A DNA stretch of 64,000 nucleotides, taken from assembly GCA_947168155.1 (NCBI GenBank), contig CAMVKW010000006.1, positions 10,313 to 74,312 of the forward strand. Reading direction: 5' to 3'. A program made the translations under genes and the position numbers. Shown here in pieces: positions 1 through 11,393 of the stretch; the stretch's first letter is position 1, and the number at the start of each line of letters is the position of its first letter. This stretch comes from an uncultured Lachnospiraceae bacterium. Its GTDB lineage: Bacteria; Bacillota; Clostridia; Lachnospirales; Lachnospiraceae. The notes beneath the pieces were generated by a model that was not told the origin of the DNA, did no database searches, and worked only from the letters and a program-made list of their open reading frames with translations.

Positions 1-360
1 GGTGGAAAAAACAGGTCATCAATTCTCTGCGATCTGTTTGAGTCAGTTCTTGGTGCCATTTATCTGGATGGTGGCATTGAAGAAGCTGAAAAGTATGTTC
101 AGAAGTTCCTGCTTACAGATATAGAGCATAAGAGCACATTTTATGATGCGAAGTCCATACTCCAGGAATATGTTCAGAGTAAAGGTGGCAAGATTGAATA
201 CAGACTTGTGGATACAACCGGCCCTGAACATAATCGCACATATGAATCAGTGGTAACCATTGATGGTGTTGATTATGAAAAAGGTACAGGACATACCAAG
301 AAGATGGCTGAGCAGGTTGCAGCTCATAGAACCATCATTAAATTAAATTTCGATAACTAA
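1..360 (+). CDS. rnc: Ribonuclease III, C-terminal part (5' end outside window)
   Basis: Frame +1 is open from the window edge to TAA 358-360. The translation ...CDLFESVLGAIYLDGG... ends with a dsRBD-like tail (KSILQEYVQSKG...GHTKKMAEQVAA). The rnc-smc-ftsY order matches B. subtilis. Confidence 0.85.
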   Translation, partial: GGKNRSSILCDLFESVLGAIYLDGGIEEAEKYVQKFLLTDIEHKSTFYDAKSILQEYVQSKGGKIEYRLVDTTGPEHNRTYESVVTIDGVDYEKGTGHTKKMAEQVAAHRTIIKLNFDN

Positions 361-370
361 GGGAAAAATT

Positions 371-3300
371 ATGTATTTAAAGAGTATAGAAGTAAATGGT
401 TTTAAATCATTTGCCAATAAGATTGACTTCAGATTTGAAGAGGGTATTACTGCTATTGTTGGCCCTAACGGCTCAGGTAAGAGTAATGTTGCCGATGCTG
501 TACGTTGGGTTCTTGGTGAACAGAGTGCAGTAAAGCTCCGTGGTTCCAAGATGGAAGATGTTATCTTCTCGGGAACTGAGCAGAGAAAACCCCAGGCAGC
601 TGCATATGTTGCTATTACTCTGGATAATTCTGATCACAGTCTTCCTATTGATTATAACGAAGTAACTGTTGCTCGTAGAGTATACCGTTCAGGTGAAAGT
701 GAATACCTTCTTAATGGAAACGTTACCCGTCTTAAGGACATTACATCAATGTTCTTTGATACAGGTATTGGTAAAGAGGGTTATTCTATCATCGGACAGG
801 GTCAGATAGAAAGAATTCTTTCTGACAAGCCTGATGATAGACGTGCACTTTTCGATGAAGCAGCAGGTATTGTTAAATATAAGAAGAATAAACAGATTAC
901 AGAGAAACAGCTGGATGCTGAGCATGTGAATCTGAACCGTGTTAATGATATTCTTTCAGGTCTTGAGGAAAGAGTTGAGCCTCTTCGCGAGCAGTCTGAA
1001 AAGGCAAAGATTTTCCTTGAGCTTAAGGATCGTCAGAAAACTCTTGATATTAATTCCTTTCTTATAGAAGTAGATAAGTTAAGAGCTAAACTGGATGAAA
1101 GCAAGAAGAATCTGGAAATCACAGAGAATGAAACTGCCAGACTCCAGGAAGAGTTTGATTACACAAAGGCTGAATATGAAAGACTCGAGGAAACCCTTGA
1201 AGTTATTAATAATAAAATAGAAACCTGTCAGCACAGCATTAACGAGAAGAAGCTTGAAAATGAGCATGCTGATGGTGAGATTCGAGTAATTAATGAGCGT
1301 ATTTCCTCTGAAGATGTAATCACAGCCGAGATTAATTCTCAGATTGAGAGAGTTAAGAACAGGATTGATGATCTTCAGGCAGAAGTGGATGCTCTTAATA
1401 AAAAGAAATCTGATGTTACCAAAGAGCTTAATGAAAAGAATAAATCTTTTGAAGCACTTCAGGCTGAAGTTGATAAAGCTGAAAAAGAAGAAAATGCTGT
1501 TGCTGATAAGATTGAATCTGCTAAGACAGATATTATTGAATTCATTAATGAAGGTGGTAACCTCAAAGAGAAAATTGCCAGATATGATACTATGCTTGAA
1601 AATATCAGCCTTCGTAAGACAGAGCTGAATTCAAGATTTTTAGCTGATAAGAGCGAGCAGTCACAGGCACTTAGTGAGCAGCAGACTCTGGAAAATGAAA
1701 AGAAATCCGTTGAGGAAGCACTTTCAAAGGATAGACAGAGACTTACTAAATGTGAGACTGAGCTAAGATCTGTATCTGATAGAGCTACAACTGTTAAGAC
1801 AGATATTCAGAAGTACAATCAGAGTGTAATCAGCCTTCAGTCAAGATACGAGAGTCTTCGTAATCTGACTGAGAGATATGAAGGTTACGGCCAGAGTATC
1901 AAGAAGGTAATGGAGAAGAAGACAAAGGATTCCAAGGTTATTGGAGTTGTTGCCGATATCATCTCCGTTGATAAGGAATATGAAACAGCTATAGAAACAG
2001 CACTTGGTGCAAGCATTCAGAACATCGTTACTGAGGACGAAGCTACAGCAAAAGAGATGATTGCTTACCTTAGAACTAATAAGCTGGGACGTGCTACATT
2101 CCTTCCTATTACAGGTGTTGTAAAGAGAGGAAGTGCTAATCCGGATGCACTTAAGGAAAATGGTGTTATTGGTGTTGCATCTAAGCTGGTTAAAACCAAT
2201 AAGAAATATGAAAACATTATAGAAAGTCTTCTTGGCAGAAGTATTGTTGTAAAGAATATTGATGATGCCATTAAGATTTCTAAGAAATATAATCAGTCAC
2301 TCAGACTTGTTACTCCTACTGGAGAACTTATTAATCCAGGTGGAGCCATGACTGGTGGTGCTTTCAGAAATTCAAGTAATCTTCTTGGACGTAAGAGAGA
2401 GCTTGAAGATATTCAGAAGCAGATTGGTGAAACAAATAATAAGCTTCGTAAGGCTAGAGAAGAAGATGCAAACCTTACGATGAAGAAGGAAACTCTCAGA
2501 GAAGAGAGAAACAACCTGAATAACCATATTCAGAAGCTTACTATTGATGAGAACTCTCTGACTATCGGTCTTACTAATATAAAGAATAAGCTGGAATCTA
2601 TTGATAACAGCTTTGCCAGCATTAAGAAAGAAAGCACTGAACTTGATGCTCAGGTTAAGCAGATTGATGGTAATAAGACTGACCTCTTTAATACTGGAAA
2701 GAAGCATGAGGAATCTATTACTGAGCGTGAATCCATGATCGCTAAGCTTGAAGTTGAGCTTTCAAAGAAGAACGATATCAAGCATGAAAAAGAAGATAAA
2801 ATGCGTGCTGCAAATATGGATGTGGAGAACGAGAAGAACAATCTCAGCCACTTAAATGACGATATAGCACGTATTGAAAATGAGATTTCTAATTATAATG
2901 ATGAAATTGATGGTTTTGCTCAGAGACTTCTGGATAATTCTAATAATGTAGATAATCTGAAGAAGGAACTGGATGATCTTAGAAAGACTAAGGAAAATAA
3001 CCAGAAAGCTATTGAGAAGGATAATGAAAACCTTAAGAAGCATATAGCTGAAAAAGATGAGATTAATCAGAACCATAAGGATTTCTTTGGAAAGAGAGAA
3101 AAACTGTCTTCCGATATTAATGGGCTTGAAAAGTCGGCTTATTCTTTGAAGCTTAATATTGAAAAGCTGGAAGAGGAAAAGGATAAAGCTTCTAACTATA
3201 TGTGGGAAGAGTATGAGCTTACATATAGCTCTGCTGAACAGCTTAAGACAGAGGATTATAATGATCCGGCAGCTCTTAAGAAGGAAATAACAACTGTTCG

Positions 3301-3928
3301 TCAGAGAATCCGTTCTCTCGGTGATGTAAATGTAAATGCTATCGAAGAATTCAAGGAAGTATCTGAAAGATATGAATTCCTGAAAGAGCAGAGAGATGAC
3401 ATTTTAGAGGCAGAGAATAACCTCAGAGGTATTATTGCTGATCTTGATAAGGCTATGAAGGAGACATTTACAGAGAAGTTCAAGGATATCCAGGTTATGT
3501 TTGGTAAGGTATTCAAGGAACTCTTTGGTGGTGGTAAGGCAAGCCTTATGCTTGTTGATGAGGATGACCTTCTTGAAACAGGTATTATTATCAATGCACA
3601 GCCACCTGGAAAGAAGCTCCAGAATATGATGCAGCTCTCCGGTGGTGAGAAGAGTTTAACGGCTATCAGCCTTCTGTTTGCCATTCAGAGTCTTAAGCCA
3701 TCTCCATTCTGTCTTCTCGACGAGATTGAGGCGGCCCTTGATGATTCTAACGTAAGCAGATTTGCTCATTATCTGGATAAGCTTACAAAGCATACCCAGT
3801 TCGTTGTTATTACACATAGAAAGGGTACCATGGAATCTGCAAACAGACTCTACGGTATTACAATGCAGGAGAAGGGTGTTTCCACTCTTGTATCTGTTAA
3901 CCTTATTGAAGATAAACTTGATGACTAG
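371..3928 (+). CDS. smc: Chromosome segregation protein SMC
   Basis: 1185-aa ORF with N-terminal Walker A GPNGSGKSN and long K/E-rich coiled-coil arms around a hinge. The C-terminus carries the signature LSGGEKSLTA and Walker B LLDEIEAALD. Confidence 0.97.
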   Translation: MYLKSIEVNGFKSFANKIDFRFEEGITAIVGPNGSGKSNVADAVRWVLGEQSAVKLRGSKMEDVIFSGTEQRKPQAAAYVAITLDNSDHSLPIDYNEVTVARRVYRSGESEYLLNGNVTRLKDITSMFFDTGIGKEGYSIIGQGQIERILSDKPDDRRALFDEAAGIVKYKKNKQITEKQLDAEHVNLNRVNDILSGLEERVEPLREQSEKAKIFLELKDRQKTLDINSFLIEVDKLRAKLDESKKNLEITENETARLQEEFDYTKAEYERLEETLEVINNKIETCQHSINEKKLENEHADGEIRVINERISSEDVITAEINSQIERVKNRIDDLQAEVDALNKKKSDVTKELNEKNKSFEALQAEVDKAEKEENAVADKIESAKTDIIEFINEGGNLKEKIARYDTMLENISLRKTELNSRFLADKSEQSQALSEQQTLENEKKSVEEALSKDRQRLTKCETELRSVSDRATTVKTDIQKYNQSVISLQSRYESLRNLTERYEGYGQSIKKVMEKKTKDSKVIGVVADIISVDKEYETAIETALGASIQNIVTEDEATAKEMIAYLRTNKLGRATFLPITGVVKRGSANPDALKENGVIGVASKLVKTNKKYENIIESLLGRSIVVKNIDDAIKISKKYNQSLRLVTPTGELINPGGAMTGGAFRNSSNLLGRKRELEDIQKQIGETNNKLRKAREEDANLTMKKETLREERNNLNNHIQKLTIDENSLTIGLTNIKNKLESIDNSFASIKKESTELDAQVKQIDGNKTDLFNTGKKHEESITERESMIAKLEVELSKKNDIKHEKEDKMRAANMDVENEKNNLSHLNDDIARIENEISNYNDEIDGFAQRLLDNSNNVDNLKKELDDLRKTKENNQKAIEKDNENLKKHIAEKDEINQNHKDFFGKREKLSSDINGLEKSAYSLKLNIEKLEEEKDKASNYMWEEYELTYSSAEQLKTEDYNDPAALKKEITTVRQRIRSLGDVNVNAIEEFKEVSERYEFLKEQRDDILEAENNLRGIIADLDKAMKETFTEKFKDIQVMFGKVFKELFGGGKASLMLVDEDDLLETGIIINAQPPGKKLQNMMQLSGGEKSLTAISLLFAIQSLKPSPFCLLDEIEAALDDSNVSRFAHYLDKLTKHTQFVVITHRKGTMESANRLYGITMQEKGVSTLVSVNLIEDKLDD

Positions 3929-3967
3929 TTAATTATACATAGTGAAGAATCTTTTGGAGGATGACAC

Positions 3968-4924
3968 ATGGGATTTTTTCAAAGACTTAAAGAAGGCTTA
4001 AAGAAAACAAGCGACAGCTTTACAAATGTTTTCAAAGCCAATGAAATAGATGATGACTTCTATGATGAATTAGAAGAAACTCTTATCTCTGCAGATATGG
4101 GATTTGAGACTACAGAAAAGGTTATAGATGACCTGAAAGAAAAGGTTGAAGAACTTGGCATCAGGGATGCATCTGAATGTAAAGAGCTTGTTATGAATTC
4201 TCTTAGAGACCAGATGAATGTTCCTGACAATGCATATTGCTTTGAAGATGCTAAGACAGTAATGCTTATTATCGGTGTAAATGGTGTTGGTAAAACTACA
4301 TCCATTGGTAAGCTTGCTGCACAGTATAAGAATCAGGGCAGATCAGTTCTTCTTGCTGCGGCAGATACATTCAGAGCTGGTGCCATTGATCAGCTCAAAA
4401 CCTGGGCCGACAGAGCAGGCGTTGATATTATTGCTCAGGGCGAGGGTGCTGATCCATCTGCGGTTGTATTTGATGCAGTTAAGGCTGCAAAGGCTAGAAA
4501 AACTAACCTTACTCTTATCGATACAGCAGGTAGACTTCATAATAAGAAGAACCTTATGGATGAGCTTGCTAAGATGAGAAGAGTTATTACAAGAGAATAC
4601 CCAGAGTGTTATGTTGAAACCATGATAGTACTTGATGGCTCAACTGGTCAGAATGCTCTTGAACAGGCAAGACAGTTTTCAACTGTTACTGAAATCAATG
4701 GTATTATTCTTACCAAGCTGGATGGTACAGCTAAAGGTGGTATTGCCGTTGCAATTCAGTCAGAGCTTAATGTTCCAGTTAAATATATTGGTGTAGGTGA
4801 GAAGATTGATGACCTGCAGAAATTTGATCCAGATGAATATATAAATGCACTCTTTGCTGATTTCGACATGAGAACAGATGAAGAAATCATTGTAGATGAA
4901 GCGATAAAAAATATGGAGGATTAG
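3968..4924 (+). CDS. ftsY: Signal recognition particle receptor FtsY
   Basis: 318 aa with SRP-GTPase NG-domain motifs GVNGVGKTT, DTAGR and TKLDG. GGAGG lies upstream of the ATG. Confidence 0.95.
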   Translation: MGFFQRLKEGLKKTSDSFTNVFKANEIDDDFYDELEETLISADMGFETTEKVIDDLKEKVEELGIRDASECKELVMNSLRDQMNVPDNAYCFEDAKTVMLIIGVNGVGKTTSIGKLAAQYKNQGRSVLLAAADTFRAGAIDQLKTWADRAGVDIIAQGEGADPSAVVFDAVKAAKARKTNLTLIDTAGRLHNKKNLMDELAKMRRVITREYPECYVETMIVLDGSTGQNALEQARQFSTVTEINGIILTKLDGTAKGGIAVAIQSELNVPVKYIGVGEKIDDLQKFDPDEYINALFADFDMRTDEEIIVDEAIKNMED

Positions 4925-4933
4925 ACAGTTAAA

Positions 4934-6163
4934 ATGGGCGATAATATGATAACAAGAGAAAAATGCGAAGAAGCATATGAAATAGTTTCAAAGGTGGCTA
5001 GAAATACTGGCCTTATAGAAAGTGAATATTTTAGTAATCTTACTGGTAATAAGGTTTTCCTAAAGCCAGAGAATATGCAGCTTACAGGAGCTTATAAAAT
5101 CAGAGGTGCTTATTATAAGATTAGTCAGCTTTCTGAAGAAGATAGAGAGAAGGGACTTATAACAGCATCTGCTGGTAACCATGCTCAGGGAGTTGCTTAT
5201 GCAGCTAAGAGCTATGGCGTAAAGGCAGTAATCGTAATGCCAACTACAACACCTCTTATCAAGGTTAATAGAACCAAGAGCTACGGTGCTGAGGTTGTTC
5301 TCTACGGAGATGTTTATGATGAGTCCTGTGAATATGCTCTTAAACTTGCTGAGGAAAAGGGATATACATTTATTCATCCTTTTGATGATACAGAAGTTGC
5401 AACAGGTCAGAGTACGGTTGCAATGGAGATACTAAAAGAACAGCCATTTATTGATACAATTCTTGTACCAATCGGTGGTGGTGGACTTGCAACAGGAGTT
5501 GCTACACTTGCAAAGATGCTTAACCCATCTATCAAAGTAATAGGTGTTGAGCCAGCTGGCGCTGCCTGCATGAAAGCATCTATCGAAAAAGGCAAGGTCA
5601 CAACACTTCCAAATGTAAATACTATTGCAGATGGTACTGCTGTAAAGACTCCTGGTGAGAAGATATTCCCTTATATCCAGAAGAATATTGATGAGATTAT
5701 TACAGTTGAGGATAGTGAGCTTGTTGTTACTTTCCTTGATATGATTGAAAATCATAAGATGATTGCTGAGAATTCAGGACTTCTTACAGTTGCTGCGCTT
5801 AAGCATCTGAAGCCTGAAGGCAAGAAGGTGGCTGCTATTATTTCCGGTGGAAACATGGATATAATCACACTTTCTTCAGTTGTACAGCATGGACTTGTTG
5901 CCAGAAGCCGTATATTTACAGTTTCTGTTCTGCTTCCAGATAAGCCAGGTGAACTTGTTAAGGTATCACAGCTTATAGCAGAGCTTCAGGGTAATATAAT
6001 TGAGCTTGAGCATAATCAGTTTGTATCACTGAACAGAAATGCTGCAGTTGAGCTTATAATTACTTTGGAGGCCTTTGGTCCAGAACATAAGGACAAGATT
6101 ATGAAGGCACTCGAGGAGAAAGGCTACAGGCCTAAGGATAAGAGCCATAAGGCGGTACTTTAA
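4934..6163 (+). CDS. ilvA: Threonine ammonia-lyase (threonine dehydratase), PLP-dependent, single C-terminal ACT-like domain
   Basis: 409 aa with the PLP-lysine region TGAYKIRGAYYK, the GGGGL loop and an ACT-like tail (FTVSVLLPDKPGEL...). An alternative start exists at 4946. Confidence 0.82.
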   Translation: MGDNMITREKCEEAYEIVSKVARNTGLIESEYFSNLTGNKVFLKPENMQLTGAYKIRGAYYKISQLSEEDREKGLITASAGNHAQGVAYAAKSYGVKAVIVMPTTTPLIKVNRTKSYGAEVVLYGDVYDESCEYALKLAEEKGYTFIHPFDDTEVATGQSTVAMEILKEQPFIDTILVPIGGGGLATGVATLAKMLNPSIKVIGVEPAGAACMKASIEKGKVTTLPNVNTIADGTAVKTPGEKIFPYIQKNIDEIITVEDSELVVTFLDMIENHKMIAENSGLLTVAALKHLKPEGKKVAAIISGGNMDIITLSSVVQHGLVARSRIFTVSVLLPDKPGELVKVSQLIAELQGNIIELEHNQFVSLNRNAAVELIITLEAFGPEHKDKIMKALEEKGYRPKDKSHKAVL

Positions 6164-6960
6164 TGAAATTAATGACAATAGCAAGTGGCAGCTCGGGGAA
6201 TTCCTGTTTTATTGGAACAGATAGAACGTCGCTTCTGCTTGATACTGGTATTAGTCTTAAAAACATAGAAAAGGGTCTGGCAGATGCGGAGATTAGTCCG
6301 AAAGATCTGGATGGAGTGCTTATTACCCATGAGCATAGTGACCATATTAAAGGGCTGGGGGTGCTTCTTCGAAAGTACAATATTCCAGTTTATGGAACCT
6401 ATGGAACTATCGATGGTATTATGGCTACAAAATCCTTAGGTGTTTACGACTATAATCTGCTAAGTCCAATTAAGAATGAAGATGAATTCGAGATAGGTGA
6501 TATAAGAATAGCCGCTCATCCTGTTTCCCACGATGCAAACGATCCGGTTTGTTTCAGCTTTACATCTGGGGACAGAAAGGTTGCGGTTGCTACAGATATG
6601 GGGGTTTTCGATGATTCTATTGTAGACTTTCTTCAGGAATGTGATGCAATGGTAATTGAAGCCAATCACGATGTAAGAATGCTGGAGGTTGGCCCGTATC
6701 CTTATATGCTTAAAAGAAGAATTCTAGGTGACCGGGGGCATCTTTGTAACGAAGCCAGCGGTTATCTTATAAGACAATTACTTAATGATCATTTAAAGTA
6801 TATTGCATTAGGGCATTTATCAGATAAGAATAACTATGCTGAGCTGGCTTTTGAAACTGTAAAGCAGGAGCTGCTTGGTAATCCTTATACAGAAGATGTA
6901 AGAGATTTTGGCCTATGTGTAGCACCAAGATATGAAACGGGTGAACTTATAGAAGTATAA
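6163..6960 (+). CDS. MBL-fold metallo-hydrolase
   Basis: 265 aa carrying the HxHxDH motif HEHSDH. The start overlaps the ilvA stop (TAATG). Confidence 0.85.
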   Translation: MKLMTIASGSSGNSCFIGTDRTSLLLDTGISLKNIEKGLADAEISPKDLDGVLITHEHSDHIKGLGVLLRKYNIPVYGTYGTIDGIMATKSLGVYDYNLLSPIKNEDEFEIGDIRIAAHPVSHDANDPVCFSFTSGDRKVAVATDMGVFDDSIVDFLQECDAMVIEANHDVRMLEVGPYPYMLKRRILGDRGHLCNEASGYLIRQLLNDHLKYIALGHLSDKNNYAELAFETVKQELLGNPYTEDVRDFGLCVAPRYETGELIEV

Positions 6961-6981
6961 ATAAGAAAGAAGGAAAATTTC

Positions 6982-7254
6982 ATGGATAAGACAATAATTA
7001 CAGTAGTAGGTAAAGATGCTGTTGGAATAATTGCAAAGGTTTGTAATTATCTGGCAAGCAATAATATAAATATAAATGATATTACACAGACAACAATGCA
7101 GGGCTACTTCAACATGATGATGCTTGTTGATGTATCCGAGTCAGTTAAGAAGCATGAGGAACTTGCTGATGAGCTGGCAAGCCTTGGAGATGAGATTGGT
7201 GTACAGATTAAGGCTCAGAAGGAAGAAATCTTCCAGATGATGCACAGAATATAA
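6982..7254 (+). CDS. ACT domain protein (UPF0237-type)
   Basis: 90-aa ACT-like small protein placed directly upstream of a UPF0210/DUF711 gene, which is a commonly conserved pair. Confidence 0.75.
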   Translation: MDKTIITVVGKDAVGIIAKVCNYLASNNININDITQTTMQGYFNMMMLVDVSESVKKHEELADELASLGDEIGVQIKAQKEEIFQMMHRI

Positions 7255-7330
7255 ATCAACAAGCTTTTCTTGCAAGCAAGAACGCTTTTGACTTTTGACC
7301 CTTTATATCATATTAAAAGAAGGAATAACT

Positions 7331-8695
7331 ATGATTTCATTAGATGAAGTATTAGAGACAAATGAAATGGTTCAGCGAATGAACTTTGACGTCAGAACCA
7401 TTACTATGGGTATATCATTACTTGATTGTGTAGGTAAGGATGTGCCTGAAACATGCGAAAATATTTATAATAAAATTACAGAAAAAGCTAAGAACCTTGT
7501 AAAGGTTGGAGAAGAGATTACATCTATGTATGGTATCCCTATCGTAAATAAGAGAATCTCAGTAACTCCAATTGCTTTAGTTGGTGGTTCAGTTTGTAAA
7601 ACAGTAGATGATTTTGTTGAAATTGCAAAGACTCTGGATAAGGCTGCTCATACAGTAGGAGTTAATTTCCTTGGTGGTTATTCAGCTCTTGTATCAAAGG
7701 GTATGACACCAGCAGATGAACTTCTCATTCAGTCTATTCCAAAGGCGCTTGCTTCTACAGAACTGGTATGTTCATCAGTAAATTGTGGATCAACAAAAAC
7801 AGGTATTGATATGGATGCTGTTCGTCTTATTGGCGAAAAGATTAAAGAAACAGCTGAGCTTACTAAAGATAAAGATAGCTTTGGTACAGCTAAGTTTGTT
7901 GTATTTTGTAATGCTCCTGATGATAATCCATTTATGGCAGGTGCATTCCATGGTGTTACAGAGGCAGATACTATCATAAATGTAGGTGTATCTGGACCTG
8001 GTGTTGTTAAGACTGCACTTGAGCAGGTTAGAGGCGAGAGCTTTGAGGTCCTTTGTGAGACCATTAAGAAGACAGCATTTAAGATCACAAGAGTTGGACA
8101 GCTGGTTGCTAAAGAAGCATCAGAAAGACTAGGTGTACCATTCGGTATCGTTGACCTTTCACTTGCACCAACACCTGCTATTGGTGATTCTGTAGCAGAT
8201 ATTCTGTGCGAGATGGGACTTGAGTTTGCAGGTGCCCCTGGTACAACAGCAGCCCTTGCACTTCTGAATGATCAGGTTAAGAAGGGCGGTATAATGGCAT
8301 CTTCTTACGTAGGTGGTCTTTCAGGTGCATTTATCCCAGTATCTGAGGATCAGGGTATGATAAATGCAGTCGATGCCGGTGCGCTTACAATTGAAAAGCT
8401 TGAGGCGATGACATGTGTCTGCTCAGTAGGTCTTGATATGATTGCTGTTCCTGGTGACACACCAGCATCAACACTTTCAGGAATTATTGCCGATGAGATG
8501 GCTATCGGTATGATAAATCAAAAAACAACAGCGGTCCGCATTATGCCGATCGTTGGTAAAGAAGTAGGAGACAGAGCTGTATTTGGTGGACTTCTTGGTG
8601 AAGCACCGGTTATGCCTGTTAATAAGTATGATTGTTCAGACTTCATTAACAGAACCGGACGCATCCCGGCACCAGTACATTCTTTTAAGAATTAA
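7331..8695 (+). CDS. UPF0210/DUF711 family (PFL-like) protein
   Basis: The ORF is open from 7295. I chose ATG 7331, preceded by AAGAAGGAA, giving about 454 aa. It is the typical partner of the preceding ACT protein. Confidence 0.78.
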   Translation: MISLDEVLETNEMVQRMNFDVRTITMGISLLDCVGKDVPETCENIYNKITEKAKNLVKVGEEITSMYGIPIVNKRISVTPIALVGGSVCKTVDDFVEIAKTLDKAAHTVGVNFLGGYSALVSKGMTPADELLIQSIPKALASTELVCSSVNCGSTKTGIDMDAVRLIGEKIKETAELTKDKDSFGTAKFVVFCNAPDDNPFMAGAFHGVTEADTIINVGVSGPGVVKTALEQVRGESFEVLCETIKKTAFKITRVGQLVAKEASERLGVPFGIVDLSLAPTPAIGDSVADILCEMGLEFAGAPGTTAALALLNDQVKKGGIMASSYVGGLSGAFIPVSEDQGMINAVDAGALTIEKLEAMTCVCSVGLDMIAVPGDTPASTLSGIIADEMAIGMINQKTTAVRIMPIVGKEVGDRAVFGGLLGEAPVMPVNKYDCSDFINRTGRIPAPVHSFKN

Positions 8696-8696
8696 T

Positions 8697-9896
8697 ATGG
8701 ATGCAACATTTGTAATAACCGAAATTAATTCAAAGAAAACGGGCTTTCTACTTGAGGACAACTCTCTGGTTAGAGCCTGTTCTCTTTATAATGAGAGTCT
8801 GATTGGTAATGTATATACAGCTAAGGTTGTAAATTACGTGCCTTCTATTAATGCGGCCTTTTTAGATGCTGGAACTGGGGATTATCTATATTATTCATTA
8901 AATGATAATATCAGTCATTTGTTTACTCAGCATGGAAATAAAGATAAGGTTTGCATGGGTGATGAACTCCTGGTTCAGATATCTAAGGACCCAATTAAGA
9001 CAAAGAAGGGCGTTGCAACCAGTAATTTAGAACTAAATGGCAAATACATTATTCTAAATAGAAGTAATGATGTAGGAATTTCCCATAAGATATCAGATGC
9101 AGAGACCAGGAATAACCTTAAATCAAAGGTTCAGTCTGCTTTGGATGAATATAATGCAAGATACAAAGCAGAAGATAAAGATATGTGTCTTGGAGCTATT
9201 ATCCGTACATCTGCAGAATTTGTATCAGATGAAGACCTGCTATTTGAGCTGAATACTCTTGTTCATACAATGAACGGTATCATTGATCTGGCAAAGCATT
9301 CAGTTGTAAAGAAGCTAATCTATTCACCAGATAGATCAATAAAGAGTGAGCTTATAGATATAAAAAATAAAAAGAAATACGATTCATTTAATATTATTAC
9401 GGATCTTGAGGATGAATATAATCTACTAAGCGTAGATTTTGGTTCTGATATAAAACTGTATAATGATGATATGGTTTCTCTTCATAAGGTTTATAACTTA
9501 GAAGATAAACTCCAGAAAGGTTTTGATAGATTTGTTTATCTAAAATCTGGTGGAAGCATTATTGTGGAACCTACAGAAGCCCTTACTGTAATCGATGTAA
9601 ATACAGGAAAAGCCATCAAGGGTAAGAATACAGAAAATTCATTTTTAAAAATTAACAAAGAGGCAGCCGAGACTATTGCTCGTATTATAAGACTACGCAA
9701 TATTTCCGGCATTATAATAATTGATTTCATTAGCATGAAGAAAGCTGAAAGCATTAAAGAATTGATAGATCATTTAAAGCGGCAGCTTGAAAAGGACGAG
9801 GTGAGAGTCACATATGTAGATATGACTCCACTTGGATTGGTTGAGCTGACCAGAAAAAAGGAGGCGAAGCCACTATCGGTTCAGGACTTTCTATAG
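8697..9896 (+). CDS. rng: Ribonuclease E/G family protein
   Basis: The ORF is open from 8583, but ATG 8697 directly follows the upstream stop. The 399-aa product has an S1-like N-terminus (GNVYTAKVVNYVPSINAAFLD) and RNase E/G core motifs (TVIDVNTGK, IIIIDFI). Confidence 0.8.
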   Translation: MDATFVITEINSKKTGFLLEDNSLVRACSLYNESLIGNVYTAKVVNYVPSINAAFLDAGTGDYLYYSLNDNISHLFTQHGNKDKVCMGDELLVQISKDPIKTKKGVATSNLELNGKYIILNRSNDVGISHKISDAETRNNLKSKVQSALDEYNARYKAEDKDMCLGAIIRTSAEFVSDEDLLFELNTLVHTMNGIIDLAKHSVVKKLIYSPDRSIKSELIDIKNKKKYDSFNIITDLEDEYNLLSVDFGSDIKLYNDDMVSLHKVYNLEDKLQKGFDRFVYLKSGGSIIVEPTEALTVIDVNTGKAIKGKNTENSFLKINKEAAETIARIIRLRNISGIIIIDFISMKKAESIKELIDHLKRQLEKDEVRVTYVDMTPLGLVELTRKKEAKPLSVQDFL

Positions 9897-9956
9897 TGCG
9901 GCGTTTTTAAGCTATCGCACATCTCTTTATGCTTTTACTACAGAAAGAGGACTAAA

Positions 9957-11348
9957 ATGTTAAGCGTAATAAAGGAAAAATATATAGGAGATAGAAAGTT
10001 TTACGAGAACTTATTTAAGATATCATTTCCAATCATTATCCAAAATGCACTGACTAATTTTGTAAATCTCCTGGATAATATAATGGTTGGAAGACTTGGC
10101 ACCGAGCAGATGTCCGGTGTATCCATCGTTAACCAGATAACATTTGTTTATTATCTGCTGATATTCGGTGGACTTTCAGGTGTAGGAATTTACACCGCAC
10201 AATACTATGGTAATCATGACGACGAAGGAGTTAGAACAACTTTTAGATTTAAGCTTTGGCTTGGACTTATCATATGTATAACATCCATTATGATATTACT
10301 ATTATTCGGAGGAAACCTGGTACAGAAGTTCCTGAATGGTAGTAGTGATGGTGGAGATCTTGCAGCAACACTTAGCTATGGTATGAAGTACATGGGAATT
10401 ATAGTCTTCATGCTTCCTGCAGTTTATATAGGAATGCTTTATACCAGTACAATGAGAGAGTGCGGACAGACCTTTGTTCCAATGATCGCTGGTGTAGTTG
10501 CAATTATTGTAAACTGTATACTTGATTATGACCTTATTTTTGGTAAGCTTGGCCTTCCTGAAATGGGAGTTGCTGGAGCTGCAATAGCTACAGTAATTGC
10601 CAGATATGCTGAAATGCTCATAGTAGTTCTTTGGGCGGTTCTTAATCGGCATAAGCATACATACTTCAAAGGTGTTTTCAGGACATTCCTTGTTCCAAGG
10701 CATCTCATTAAGAAGTATTTTATTACAAGTATGCCACTTCTTATAAATGAAGGTCTTTGGTCAATAGGTGTGGCTATGCTGGCTCAGGCTTATTCTATAA
10801 GAGGACTTAATGTAGTTGCCGGTCAGAATATCGCAAGTACTATTAATAACATATTCAATATTGTATTTATTGCCATGGGAGATGCTGTTGCCATTATTGT
10901 AGGTCAGTATCTTGGCTCTGGTGATATGAGAAAGGCAAGAGATGCAGATAATAAAATTATTGCATTTGCGATATTTAGTTCTATTATCATTGGTGCTATA
11001 ATGCTAGTGCTGGCTCCAATCTTTCCACAGTTCTATAATACAAATGATATGGCTAGACTGGTTGCTACACATTTCATAATTGTCCAGGGACTATTTATGG
11101 CGAAAGATGCATTCCTGCATACCAGCTATTTTACTATAAGAGCTGGCGGAAATACTGTGATAACATTTGTATTTGATAGTGTGTTTATGATGGCGGTCAG
11201 TGTTCCATTTGCACATTTCCTTTGCAGATGTACCACACTTGGAATAGCTGTAGTATTTGCTTTGGTACATGCAGCTGATATTCTAAAATGCATATTTGGA
11301 TTCATACTTCTTTATAAAGGAATATGGATGAAGAATATAGTTAAATAA
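9957..11348 (+). CDS. MATE family efflux transporter
   Basis: 463 aa, about 12 hydrophobic helices, with a MATE-type N-terminus (PIIIQNALTNFVNLLDNIMVGRLG). Confidence 0.9.
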   Translation: MLSVIKEKYIGDRKFYENLFKISFPIIIQNALTNFVNLLDNIMVGRLGTEQMSGVSIVNQITFVYYLLIFGGLSGVGIYTAQYYGNHDDEGVRTTFRFKLWLGLIICITSIMILLLFGGNLVQKFLNGSSDGGDLAATLSYGMKYMGIIVFMLPAVYIGMLYTSTMRECGQTFVPMIAGVVAIIVNCILDYDLIFGKLGLPEMGVAGAAIATVIARYAEMLIVVLWAVLNRHKHTYFKGVFRTFLVPRHLIKKYFITSMPLLINEGLWSIGVAMLAQAYSIRGLNVVAGQNIASTINNIFNIVFIAMGDAVAIIVGQYLGSGDMRKARDADNKIIAFAIFSSIIIGAIMLVLAPIFPQFYNTNDMARLVATHFIIVQGLFMAKDAFLHTSYFTIRAGGNTVITFVFDSVFMMAVSVPFAHFLCRCTTLGIAVVFALVHAADILKCIFGFILLYKGIWMKNIVK

Positions 11349-11393
11349 ATTGTGGCGCATGACGTCGGCCACAAAGAAAGATGAGGTGTATAA

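Noticed and set aside
8583-8696. 5' extensions of ORF-track entries: 8583 for the RNase G-like gene, 20882 for hisIE, 7295 for UPF0210, 41724 for the GNAT-like gene and 31712 for the patatin gene.
   Set aside because: The extensions overlap the preceding genes or consist of the SD itself. Internal ATGs with proper SD spacing give N-termini that match the family.
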